This document shows, in pieces, positions 25,486-37,264 of a DNA stretch of 64,000 bases. The DNA comes from Mobula hypostoma. Taxonomy: Eukaryota. The stretch covers positions 25,422,001-25,486,000 of the forward strand of contig NC_086109.1 of NCBI RefSeq assembly GCF_963921235.1, written 5' to 3'. The first letter of the stretch is position 1. Each line of letters starts with the position of its first letter. Both the position numbers and the translations under genes were made by a program. The notes under the pieces are model-generated. The model saw only the letters and a program-made list of their open reading frames with translations. It was not told where the DNA came from and made no database searches.

Positions 25486-26269
25486 TAAAATAGATTCAAG
25501 ATGAGTTTATCTGATTCAGGGTAAAGTGTCTTTCCAAGCTGATGTGGTCCATACACCATATTCATTTATTTGTACTTAATTTCTCTTCCAGTTTCAGTGC
25601 AGCTGCTTAAAACAAGTAGGTCAATGTCTGATAACAAGGCAGGGTTTTTCTGTACAGAAGCAGCAAATATATCCAGTACATATCTACAATTAAGGATTCA
25701 GCCTGATAAAGTGGGATGAGCTAATGTCCTTGGTTCTAGGGAGTCTGACACTAGGATTGTCTAAATGCCTTTCTCACATTTGAGAAAGTAGTTGGAAGTA
25801 CTTCAAGCAAGGTGAAAGAGATAAAGTAACGAACAGTCCACATAAATACTCAGAACCCACACAAGATCATTAAGAATTTAAAAGAACAAATACCATCACA
25901 GTGAAATGACTGTAGCTCAGAAGTACATCAATGTCTCAGGAACTCTTTGCTTTTCCCAAAATACATTTCCATCCAATAGCATCCACACCTTTCAATCCTC
26001 ACATTAATTGTCTTCAAAATGGGCTGTAAGTTATTAAACTAAGTCTTTCATAGGATAGCAACCTGAGAATTTGCTTTGAAGTGATTTGGCTGAAAACAAC
26101 TGATCTTTATTCTTAGATAAATTATTATTACCGTGCTTCATCCTTTGGCCTTTAGAATTCTCCTCTTGTTCCTTCAAGGTTGTGGATATATCTTCTTCTC
26201 AGAACAATTCAAATTCTCATTAGTTCATCACTTCTCTGTCCTTCATCGTCCCTTCTGCCTTCCTCCTTT

Positions 26270-27815
26270 TCTTTAGCCAGAGAGTGGTGAATCTGCGCAA
26301 TTCATTGCCACAGATGGCTGTGGAGACCAAGTCATTGGGTATATTTAAAGTGGAGGTTGATAGGTTCTTGATTAGTAAGGAGGGGTTCAAAGGTCATGGG
26401 GAGAAGACAGGAGAAATCACAAGCAGGATGACAAAGGAGAATCAATGGATGAAGTAACAAGTAAGATAGACAAAGGAGAGTCAGAGGATGTTGTATACTT
26501 GTATTTTTAGAGGGCCTTTGACAAGATCTTAACGAGGAGCTGCCCGATTGTTACAGAAAAGATACTAGCATGGATAGAAGGTTGGCTGTCTGACAGGAGA
26601 CAACAGGTGGGAATAAAAGCGGGCTATTTCTGATTGTCTGCCGGTAACTAGTGGTGTTCTGCAGGGGTCGCTGCTGTGACCACCTTTTTTCATGATACAT
26701 ATCAATGATTTGGATGACAGAATTGATGCCTTTGTGGCCAAGTTGATAGATAGCTAGAGGGGCAGGTTGTGCTGAGGAAGCAGGGAGCCTGCATGAGTAC
26801 TTAGACAGATTTGGAGAATAGGCAAAGAAACAGCATATGGAATATAGTGTAGGGAAGTGAATGGTCATGCACTTTGGTAGAAGGAATAAAGGTGATTTTT
26901 TTAAATGGGGAGAAAATTCAAAATCAGAGTTGCAAGGGGACTCGGGAGTCCTTGTGCAGGATTCCATAACTTGCAAGTTGAGTCAGTGGTAAGGAAGATA
27001 AATGCAATGTTAGCATTCATTTCGAGAGGACTAGAATATAAAAGCAGGAACATAATGCTGAGGCTTGAAAAAGGTATTGGTCAGACTGCACTTAGAGTAT
27101 TGGGGAAAGTTTTGGACCTGTTATCTAGATATCTATATTTATATTTTGATAATAATTGTACTTTGTACTTATCTATATATTTTAAGTACAAATAATTTGA
27201 AAATTGTACTTTCCACTTATCCATATTTATACTTTGAAAAAATGTGCTGGCATTGGAGAGGCAAACAACAGGAATTCTGCAGATGCTGGAAATTCAAGCA
27301 ACACACATCAAAGTTGCTGGCATTGGAGAGGGTCCAGAGGAATTTCCATGAATGAAAGGGTTAATGTATGAACAGCATTTGGGCCTGAATTTCCGGGAGT
27401 TTAGAAGAATGAGGCGGGGTCTCATTGAAACCTATTGAATATAGAAAGACCTAGATAAAGTGGATGTGGAAATTTTTTTTTTATATACTGGAGATGTCTA
27501 GGACCAGTGGGGAAATCCTCAGAATAGAGGGGAGTCTATTTAGAACAGAGATAATGAGAAATTTCTTTAGCCCAGAGGTTAGTGAATCTATGGAATTCAT
27601 TGCCACAAATGGCTATGGAGGCCAAATCATTGGGTATATTTAAAGCAAAAATTGATAGGTTATTGATTAGTCAGGGTGTCAAAGGTTCTAGATTAGTAAG
27701 GGTGTCAAAGGTTATGGGGAAAAGGCAGGAGAAGGGGTTGAGAAGGATAATACATCAGCCATGATGGAATGGTGGAGCAGACTTGATGGGCTGAATGGCC
27801 TCATTCTACTCCTGC
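26270..27815 (+). mobile_element. Decayed CR1 fragments
   Basis: NAMLAFISRGLEYKS and VNLWNSLPQ motifs; CR1 3' UTR. Confidence 0.85.
27262..27314 (-). mobile_element. 53-bp Penelope terminal insertion in CR1
   Basis: 17-bp TSD TGCTGGCATTGGAGAGG (27245-27261 and 27315-27331); matches the terminal sequence of the 54.8-kb copy. Confidence 0.85.
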
Positions 27816-27849
27816 ATCTTCGGTTTTAATTCTCGCAGCACTAAAATGG

Positions 27850-28015
27850 ATTTTCATTTTGTTATAACATTGCAGTTTTGTAAGATCTGCTGTGCTCAGA
27901 TTGACAGACACCCATCCTCCACCACGATCGTGACTGAACCTCAATAAATCTTCATGAACTGTAAAGTGTTGTGGGACATCCTGAGATCTTGTAGTGCATG
28001 ATCCTTTTTCCTTCA
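27850..28015 (+). mobile_element. Ancient Deu-SINE-like 3' remnant
   Basis: CTGTAAAGTGTTGTGGGACATCCTGAGATC resembles the AmnSINE/SacSINE tail (recognised from memory). Confidence 0.4.
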
Positions 28016-28314
28016 GTTTAACCAATCATGACAGAATTTTATCTTCTAATTAATTTAGAGGATTGAGTGGTTTCAAGTAACTTCATTTCAAAGCACACTC
28101 TCTCTCAAGCTGCCTTTGAGGAATTGTGGAAGCTATATTAGATTCATGATACAATGCATATATAGAAAGATGAGTGTTGATTATATTCACTCCATATACA
28201 TTATGAAATTTAGATTTTGGAGGGATAATTGTGACTGTCAGCCAATTACTTTCATTTTGAATGAGGGCAGCCTAGTATCCAAAGGGTCTATTGACTCTGT
28301 CAATCCAAAGAACA

Positions 28315-28580
28315 GTAGTGTAGTGGTTAGCACAGCACTTTACAGTCCTAGCGACCCGGGTTCAATTCAACCATCGCTGTGTATAAGGTGTTGGCATGTT
28401 CTCCCTGTGTCCACGTGGGTTTCCTCTGAATGCTCCAGTTTCCTCCCACCGTCCAAAGATGTACCGGTTGGTAGGTTAATTAGTCATTGTAATTGGCCCG
28501 TGATTAGGCTTGGGTTATATTGGAGGTTGCTGGACAGAGAGCTGGAAGAGATTACTCCATGCTGTTATCTCAATAAATAA
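28315..28580 (+). mobile_element. V-SINE
   Basis: A-box GTGTAGTGGTTAG, B-box GGTTCAATTC, V-domain and (AATA)n tail. Confidence 0.8.
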
Positions 28581-29023
28581 ATTTTAAAAAAACACTTTAT
28601 GAACAAGCAGCTTCTGCATCCTCACCAAATCTAGTACAAGGAAACACATTTTAATTATTTAAGTTATTCGTTTGTGACTGTCATATATTTCTGCTCCTTG
28701 CTTTAACATCTTAGAACCCCTTGTTCTGGAGTCACTGCAACTGGATATGGTTTCTTAACATCCACCCTTTAATAATCAATATCTCTCTCCATTTCAAGTC
28801 TCCAGAGAAAGAAGAGTCAATTATTACTGACCTTTAATTCCTTTGGCTGAATTTCAGGTCTCTACCTGAGACATTATATCAAGATGTTGACTGTACTGCC
28901 CAGACAATGCTGATAGCTGCTGTCTGCATCAAGGCAACAATGACCATGATGCAATGGCGCCACCTGCAGACTAATGTGGAGACAACCACCCCTAGTGGAC
29001 TCTCACCTCCTGTAAATATATTT

Positions 29024-29828
29024 ACATAGAAACATAGAAAATAGGTGCAGGAGTAGGCCATTCGGCCCTTCGAGCCTGCACCGCCATTTATTATGATCAT
29101 GGCTGATCATCCAACTCAGAACCCAGCCTTCCCTCCATACCCCGTGACCCCTGTAGCCACAAGGGCCATATCTAACTTCCTTTTAAACATAGCTAATGAA
29201 CTGGCCTCAACAGTTTGCTGTGGCAGAGAATTCCACAGATTCACCACTCTCTGTGTGAAGAAGTTTTTCCTAACCTCGGTCCTAAAAGGCTTCCCCTCTA
29301 TCCTCAAACTGTGACCCCTCGTTCTAGACCTCCCCAACATCGGGAACAATCTTCCCGCATCTAGCCTGTCCAATCCCTTTAGGATCTTATACGTTTCAAT
29401 CAGATCCCCCCTCAATCTTCTAAATTCCAACGAGTACAAGCCCAGTTCATCCAGTCTTTCTTCATATGAAAGACCTGCCATCCCAGGAATCAATCTGGTG
29501 AACCTTCTTTGTACTCCCTCTATGGCAAGGATGTCTTTCCTCAGATTAGGGGACCAAAACTGCACACAATACTCCAGGTGTGGTCTCACCAAGGCCTTGT
29601 ACAACTGCAGTAGTACCTCCCTGCTCCTGTACTCGAATCCTCTCGCTATAAATGCCAGCATACCGTTCGCCTTTTTCACCGCCTGCTGTACCTGCATGCC
29701 CACTTTCAATGACTGGTGTATAATGACACCCAGGTCTCGTTGCACCTCCCCTTTTCCTAATCGGCCACCATTCAGATAATAATCTGTTTTCCTATTTTTG
29801 CCACCAAAGTGGATAACTTCACATTTGC
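29024..29828 (-). mobile_element. Young 5'-truncated CR1 with an uninterrupted ORF2 C-terminus
   Basis: 238-aa open frame (LVRPHLEYCVQFWSP...RGDLIETYKI...VVNLWNSLP) and (TTTCTATG)n tail. Confidence 0.95.
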
Positions 29829-30369
29829 CCACAGTGCTCGTAAAACAGAGGCCTAGACAGTGGTTTGTGCTGCATTTTGGACATTACATGAACCCCTAGT
29901 TCATGTAACAGACATTAGTTCTGTTCTAATTTGTTAATTTGCAATATTTGTTGGCACTGATCAAAAAAAATCAATGTTGCCATGTTCTCCCCTGGAACAT
30001 CAGTCTATCTTAGGAACAACAAATCATACAAGTTTAATTTTTGTTTGCTTCCGGCACTTAGACTCCGAACTAGGAGTTCATCGGTTGGCTCTTAAAGGCA
30101 AAAGGACACAAAAGGACCAGCATCTTAGAGATGTTGACAATTGCTTTTCACTACCCCAGCTAGGGTTGCCAACTTTCTCACTCCCAAATAACGGACAAAA
30201 GTAGCAGTCAAATACGGGACACTTGTGTTTACCCCGAGAAAGATTACCATGACCATGAAGCCTTGCGCGGGCACCTGTGTGGGTATGCGTGTACATGCTG
30301 ATTTTTTTTTCTACAAATCGGTTTTGGCCTAACCTTCCCGATTCTGTTCAGTGAAACTACACTGTACAT

Positions 30370-31200
30370 CCCTCCCCACTGATCTCCCTCCTGGCACTTA
30401 TCCGTGTAAGCGGAACAAGTGCTACGCATGCCCTTACACTTCCTCCCTTACCACCATTCAGGGCCCCAAACAGTCCTTCCAGGTGAGGCATCACTTCACC
30501 TGTGAGTCGACTGGGGTGATATATTGCGTCCGGTGCTCCCGATGTGGCCTTTTATATATTGGTGAGACCCGACGCAGACTGGGAGACCGCTTTGCTGAAC
30601 ATCTACGCTCTGTCCGCCAGAGAAAGCAGGATCTCCCAGTGGCCACACATTTTAATTCCACATCCCATTCCCATTCTGACATGTCTATCCACGGCCTCCT
30701 CTACTGTAAAGATGAAGCCACACTCAGGTTGGAGGAACAACACCTTATATTCCGTCTGGGTAGCCTCCAACCTGATGGCATGAACATTGACTTCTCTAAC
30801 TTCCGCTAGGCCCCACCTCCCCCTCGTACCCCAGCTGTTACTCATTTTTATGCACACATTCTTTCTCTCACTCTCCTTTTTCTCCCTCTGTCCCTCTGAA
30901 TATACCTCTTGCCCATCCTCTGGGTCACCGCCCCCCCGTCTTTCTTCCCGGACCTCCTGTCCCATGATCCTCTCGTATCCCCTTTTGCCTATCACCTGTC
31001 CAGCTCTCGGCTCTATCCCTCCCCCTCCTGTCTTCTCCTATCATTTTGCATCTCCCCCTCCCCCTCCAGCTTTCAAATCCCTTACTCACTCTTCCTTCAG
31101 TTAGTCCTGACGAAGGGTCTCGGCCTGATACGTCGACTGCGCCTCTTCCTATAGATGCTGCCTGGCCTGCTGCGTTCACCAGCAACTTTGATGTGTGTTG
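30370..31200 (+). mobile_element. Neptune-like Penelope 3' fragment: GIY-YIG endonuclease, UTR and terminal repeat
   Basis: GVIYCVRCSRCGLLYIGETRRRLGDRFAEH...EQHLIFRLGSLQPDGMN, stop at 30809; TSD CTGTACAT (30362-30369 and 31201-31208). Confidence 0.95.
31103..31138 (+). ncRNA. Hammerhead ribozyme with a core mutation (GAAA to GATA)
   Basis: AGTC CTGACGA AGGGTCTCGGCCT GATA CGTC GACT. Confidence 0.75.
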
Positions 31201-31529
31201 CTGTACATACATTATTTCTACTTTATATAGGCTGTGTATTTATCATATCATTCCTGCTTTTACTATATGTTAGTATTATTTTAGGTTTTATGTGTTATTT
31301 GGTATGATTTGGTAGGTTATTTTTTGGGTCTGGGAACGCACAAAAATTTTTCCCATATAATTTTTTTTATTACTAATTTTTTATTGCAACACCAAGAAAT
31401 TACATTCAATACAACCAATTGCCAATTATTTCCCATATAAATTAATGATAATTGCTTCTTCACTTTACGCCATTTCAGCACGAAAGGTTTCATAGGAACG
31501 CTCTACCTTAGTGGGGGAAATACGGGACT

Positions 31530-31800
31530 CAGGGGTTCAGAGTTCAGGGTTCAATTCTGACATCATCCATCAGGAGTCTGCACATCCTTCCCGTGGAAGT
31601 CGAGGGTTTCTCCGGGTGCTCTGGTTTCTTTTCTTAGACCAAAGTTATATCAGTTACTTTGATTAATTGGTCATTGTAAATTGTCCCATGATTAGACTAC
31701 GGTTAAATCAGTGGTAGCTGGGCAATGGGGCACAACGGGCTGGAAGGGCCTATTCCACACTGAGCACAATAAATAAATAAATACATACATACATACATAC
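31530..31800 (+). mobile_element. V-SINE
   Basis: B-box, V-domain and (AAAT)n(ACAT)n tail. Confidence 0.7.
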
Positions 31801-31889
31801 CAGTGTGTTAGTAACACAGAAAAAAAGCCTCTCCAAACTACAGCCAGGTGTAGCTGACAGGAGCTTTCCAGGGGAGTTTCCACTAAGTC

Positions 31890-32735
31890 TTACCTCTGGT
31901 ATGGAGGGGCTACTGTACAGGACCGAAAGAAGCTGCAGAAGGTTGTAAATCTAGTCAGCTCCATCTTGGGTACTAGCCTACACGATACCCAGGACATCTT
32001 TAGGGAGCGGTGTCTCAGAAAGGCAGTGTCCATTATTAAGGACCTCCAGCACCCAGGGCATGCCCTTTTCTCACTGTTACCATCAGGTAGGAGGAAGAGA
32101 AGCCTGTAGGCACACACTCAGCGATTCAGGAACAGCTTCTTCCCCCCTGCCATCCGATTCCTAAATGGACATTGAAGCTTTGGACACTACCTGACTTCCT
32201 TTTTTTAATATACAGTATTTCTGTTTTTGTGTGGTGGGCACGTGGCCAAGTGGTTAAGGCATTCGACTAGCGACCTGAAGATCGTGAATTCGAGCCCCAG
32301 CCAAGGCAGCATGTTGTGTCCTTGAGCAAGGCACTTTACCGCACAGTGCTCTGTGATGACACTGGTGCCAAGCTGTATCGGCCCTCGCCCTTCCCTTGGA
32401 CAACATTGGTGTCCTGGAGAGGGGAGACTTGCAGCATGGGCAACTGCCGGTCTTCCATACAACCTTGCCCAGGCCTGCACCCTGGAGAGTGAAGACTTTC
32501 CAGGCGCAGATCCATTGTCTCGCAAGACTAACGGATGCCTTTATTACTTAACTGTTTTTGCACCTTTTTAAAATCTATTCAATATACATAATTGATTTAC
32601 TCGTTTATTTACTTTTTAAATTTTTTTTTATTATTATTTTTCTCTCTGCTAGATTATGCATTGCATTGAACTACTGCTGCCAAGTTAACAAATTTCACAT
32701 CACATGCCGGTGATAATAAACCTGATTCTGATGCC
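31890..32735 (+). mobile_element. Rex1 3' fragment interrupted by a SINE
   Basis: WYGGATVQDRKKLQKVV...[33 protein letters not shown] tail. Confidence 0.85.
32230..32551 (+). mobile_element. Full-length tRNA-derived SINE
   Basis: A-box GTGGCCAAGTGG and B-box-like ATTCGAGCC; 9-bp TSD CTGTTTTTG (32221-32229 and 32552-32560). Confidence 0.85.
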
Positions 32736-33833
32736 TGTACTTTTAGAGAAATCTACAATGAAAAAAATTCTTGTTCCTGCATGGCTTGGTCCTGTCAGCT
32801 GAAATAAATCCAGTAATGGCCAGTGGAGTAGGTGGTATCAGTGATTGCCTATTGTGCAATCATCAACAAATTGGGTATAGCATATATATGAACAGATGTG
32901 GGCTGGAATGTTCCTAACACAAAGAAATTGAATGAGTTAGAAGTACTGATGAGGTTAAATGTCACCTGTGGAGAAAGGAAAAGAGTTAATGTTTCAAGTT
33001 GATCAAAACAGAACCCTTTTATTTGAGCTTGAAATAGAAAGTGTCCTGGTTTACCGTTGTGCCTCTGAGATGTAATGTGTTACATCATGTTCTGCGTGAA
33101 GAGGAGCAAATGGGAAAGAGAAGAGGCTTTAGTTGCAGCAAAGTTTGAGGATGCACAGAAGGTTTAGTGTTGGGAGTGAGCAACGTACAGAGTAAGCTGA
33201 GAATTGATAGAGTGAGTTGCAGCAACTTACAATCATTTGCCCTTTAAATGGCATTCAGACTGAGCTTTGAGAGTTGGTAAAAAATGGTTCTTCTGTCAGT
33301 AAACAGTGTTTGTTATTATCGAGCCCAAGGTGATAGAAAGTCTTACTGGAGATGAATTATGAGTACTCGGTACTGTTGAGGTTGTTTGAATGAGCATTAC
33401 AAGGGAAAGAGAAAGTCTCACGCCATGCAATATTAATGACTATCATAGTGTACTCAGGAATGAGCAAAATTGGCTAAAGCAGTTTTCATGTGATTTTCAA
33501 CTTTGCATTTCTATTTTTTTTCCAATTATTCATCGAAGAATTTTTAGGCTAATGTTAACCTTAATCTTCAGATTCCTGGTTGATATTGACTTTATCTTGG
33601 CTTTATCCAGTTCATACTACACTTAGCTTGAGATCTCCATGACACCCAGTCAATATTGAGCTTTTCTGCCAGCACTTTTAATTCCAAGTTAATATTGTAC
33701 AGAAATTCTCTAACGGCAGGCCTCTCTTGAAGGTAGTGTGCCAAATTGATGGGAAAAATCAGTCAAGGAGCCCAGATCCAGACCCAGAAAATCTGGGGAA
33801 CTTTTATAGAGACAAAAAAGACAAAGACGGAGA

Positions 33834-34005
33834 TAGGTTGAGTACCACTTATCATAAATTCTAAATCCAAAAACCTTTGAAACCCAAACTTTTTTGGAGC
33901 GCTGACATGACGTGACAAATGGAAACTTCTATAAGCTGCTGGGAAGGTTCCCAGGCATTGCACAGGTCTCTGCGCTTCACAAACAATTCTGAGATAGTCA
34001 TCCCC
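33834..34005 (+). mobile_element. Tigger end fragment, same family as 12011-12866
   Basis: Aligns by eye with the reverse complement of ~12710-12866. Confidence 0.75.
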
Positions 34006-34067
34006 ACCACTCCCCCACCCCCAGCCAATTAACTGCACATGTCATCTTGGTAAGCCAGAAGAGAACA

Positions 34068-35030
34068 GGCAATAGGTGCAGGTGTAGGCCATTCGGCCCT
34101 TTGAGCCAGCACCGCCATTCACTGTGATCATGGCTGATCATCCACAATCAGTACCCTGTCCCTGCCCTCCCCCCATATCCCTTGATTCCGCTATCTTTAA
34201 GAGCTCTATCTAATGTTCTGAAACTGATCAGAATCTATAGAACATTGGAAAATGATTACCAATGTGTCCACGATTTCCAGAGCCACTTCCTTAAGTACCC
34301 TGGGATGCAGACCATCAGGCCCTAGGGATTTATCAACCTTCAGTCCCATCAGTTTACTCAACACCATTTTGTGCCTGATGCGAATTTCCTTCAGTTCCTC
34401 TGTTACTCTAGGTTCTCTGGCCACTATTACATCTGGGAGATTGTTTGTATCTTCCCTAGTGAAGACAGATCCAAAGTACCCATTCAGCTCGTCTGCCATT
34501 TCCTTGTTCCCCATAATAATTTCACCCGTTCCTGTCTTCAAGGGCCCAACTTTGGTCTTAACTAATTTTTTCCTCTTCACATGCCTAATGAAGCTTTTAC
34601 TATCCTCTTTTATATTCTTGGCTAGCTTACCTTCGTACCTCATCTTTTCCCCCCATATTGCCTTTTCAGTTATCTTCTGTTGCTCCTTAAAAGTCTCCCA
34701 ATCCTCTGGCTTACCGCTTATCTTTGCTATGTTATACTTCCTCTCTGTTACTTTTATACTGTCCTTGACTTTCCTTGTCATCCACGGTCACCCCTTACTC
34801 CCCTTAGAATCTTTCTTCCTCTTTGGAATGAACTGATCCTGCACCTTCTGTATTATTCCCAGAAGTACCTGCCATTGTTGTTCCACTGTCATCCCTGCTA
34901 GGGTATCTTTCCAGTCAACTTTGGCCAGCTCCTCCCTCATGGGTTCATAGTCCCTTTTGTTCAACTGTAATACTGACACTTCCGATTTTCCCTTCTCCCT
35001 CTCAAATTGTAGATTAAAATTTATCATAAT
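34068..35030 (-). mobile_element. Internally deleted CR1
   Basis: MADELNGYFGSVF and GPDGLHPRVLKEVA joined directly to the 3' UTR. Confidence 0.85.
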
Positions 35031-35039
35031 CTACAATTA

Positions 35040-36530
35040 TGACCATGAGACCATAAGACATAGCAGCAAAATTAAGCCATTCAGCCCATCAAATCTGCTC
35101 CACTATTCTCTCATGACTGATTGGATCCCACTCAACCACATACACCTGCCTTGTCACTGTATCATTTGATGCCCTGACCAATCAGGAAACGATCAACTTC
35201 CACCTTAAATACACCCATGGACTTAGCCTCCGCCACAGTCTGTGGCAGAGCATTCCACAGATCCACTACTCTCTAGCTAAAACAATTCCTCCTTACCTCT
35301 GTTCTAAAAGGTTGCCCCTCAATTTTGAGGGTGTGCTCTCTAGTTCTGGATCCCCCACCATAGGAAACATTCTCTCTACATCCACTTTATCTAGTCCTTT
35401 CAACATTCAATAGGTTTCAATGAGATCCCTCCGCATTCTTCTAAATTCCAGTGAGTTCAGGCCCAAAGCTGCCAAACCTTCCTCATATGTTAACTCCTTC
35501 ATTCCCAGAATCATCCTCATGAATCTCCTCTGGACTCTGTACAATGACAACACATCCTTTGAGGCACAAGACCCAAAACTGTTGACAATGCTCCAAGTAC
35601 GGCCTGACTAGTGTCTTATAAAGGCTCCGCATTATCTCCTTGCTTTTGTATTCTATTCCCCTTGAAGTAAATGCCAACATTGCATTTGCCTTCTCTACCA
35701 CAGATTCAACCTGTGAATTAACCTTCTGGAAGTCTTGCACAAGGACACCTAAGTCCTTCTGCACCTCTGATGTTTCAACCTTCTCCCCATTTAGATAATA
35801 GTCCGCACTATTGTTCTTTTTACTAAAATGCATTATCATACATTTCCGAACACTGTATTCCATCTGACACTTTTTTGCCCAGTCTTCCAATCTGTCTATG
35901 TCCTGCTGCAATCATATTGCTCCCTCAGCACTACCACCCCTCCACCTACCTTCGTATCATTCACAATCTTTGTCACAAAGTCATCAATCCATTATCAAAA
36001 TCATTGATTAACAATGTGAAAAGTAGCGATTCCAATACTGACCCCCAAGGAACACCACTAGTCACTGACAGCCAACCAGAAAAGGCCCCCTTTATTCCCA
36101 CTTGGTGCCTCCTGCCTGTCAGCTGTTCCTCTATCCACGCCAGTATCCTTCCTGTAATGCCACAGGATTTTATCGTTAAGCAGCCTCATGTGTGGCACCA
36201 TATCAAATGCCTTCTGAAAATCGAAGTAAATGACACCCACTGCCTCTCTTTTGTCCACCCTGCTTGTTACTGCCTCGAAGAACTCTGACAGATTTGTCAG
36301 GAAAGATTTCCCTTCACAGACTTTGACATATTATCATTAGTCTCCAAGTACCCCGAAACCTCATCCTTGATAATAGACTCCAACACTCTCCCAACCACTG
36401 AGGTTAGGCTAACTGGCCAATAATTTCCTTTCTTTTGCTTTCCTCCCTTCTTAAAGAGTGGAGTGACATTTGCAATCTTCCAGTCCTCTGGGACCATGCC
36501 AGAATCAAGTGATTCTTGAGAGATCATGAG
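35040..36530 (-). mobile_element. CR1 RT and 3' end
   Basis: PEDWKIANVTPLFKKG, DFQKAFD and ANAMLAF motifs; tail at 35040. Confidence 0.9.
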
Positions 36531-36804
36531 CCAAGGGAAGATCGTCAACATCAGGAAGAATGTGTCAAATTCCTACAGGGAACTTAAGGATACAAGTTCC
36601 AGGCTGAACGTAAAGTCACAGGAAGAATAATCTCAGGGTGGTTAAGGATGCACTCATGCAGAAGAGCTTCAGTGATATATACTGTAAAGAAAATGGTACA
36701 GACAGAAAGATTTTCCTAGATAATGGAAACAACTTCACAACCAGTCAGACAAGATGTCCTTCAACCAAATTCCAACTGAATCCACTGTACATATATATTA
36801 TATA

Positions 36805-36903
36805 CAGTGCTGTGCAAATGTTTTTGGCGCACACACACACACACACACACGCATATATATATACACACACACCTAGGGAGCCTAAGACTTTTACACAGTA
36901 CTG
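36805..36903. mobile_element. Tc1/mariner-type MITE with an internal microsatellite
   Basis: TIRs CAGTGCTGTGCAAA and TTTACACAGTACTG, flanked by TA. Confidence 0.75.
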
Positions 36904-37264
36904 TAGTAATTTTATGTAATGCACTGTACTGCTGCCACAAAAAAATCACATTACATGACATATATGACTGATGATAACCTTGATTCTGATATAGGTGTCC
37001 ATTGTGGGCTGAGAGTGGTAGGGAGGCAGGGAGAGGGGAGGGAGCAGGAATCACCAGAGAGATATTCTGTAATGAGGAACAAGCCAATTGTTTGGAATCA
37101 AATGACCTTGCCTGGTGTCTCTTGAGGAGAGTGAAGTTGTAAACAACATCAAACTGCCTTAGGGACCCCGGCTCTGGATTTCTTCCTCGGGGTTTATTCC
37201 CGAAGTCTTTCCCATGGGTGGGTGTGGTCACAAGAGCACCACCTGCCCGAATATCCATATATAT

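Larger units (their letters stand above)
30161..31530. mobile_element. hAT-like non-autonomous DNA element, interrupted by Penelope and a short retro-insertion; right end missing
   Basis: Starts TAGGGTTGCCAAC and has repeated subterminal (TA)CGGGAC motifs. Confidence 0.55.

Noticed and set aside
27121..27240. AT-rich triplicated segment as a CRISPR-like or regulatory array
   Set aside because: It resembles slipped copies of a Rex1-type tail inside CR1; there are no regular spacers and the context is eukaryotic.
32236..32310. tRNA gene
   Set aside because: It is a SINE head continuing into a body with a TSD, without a convincing cloverleaf.
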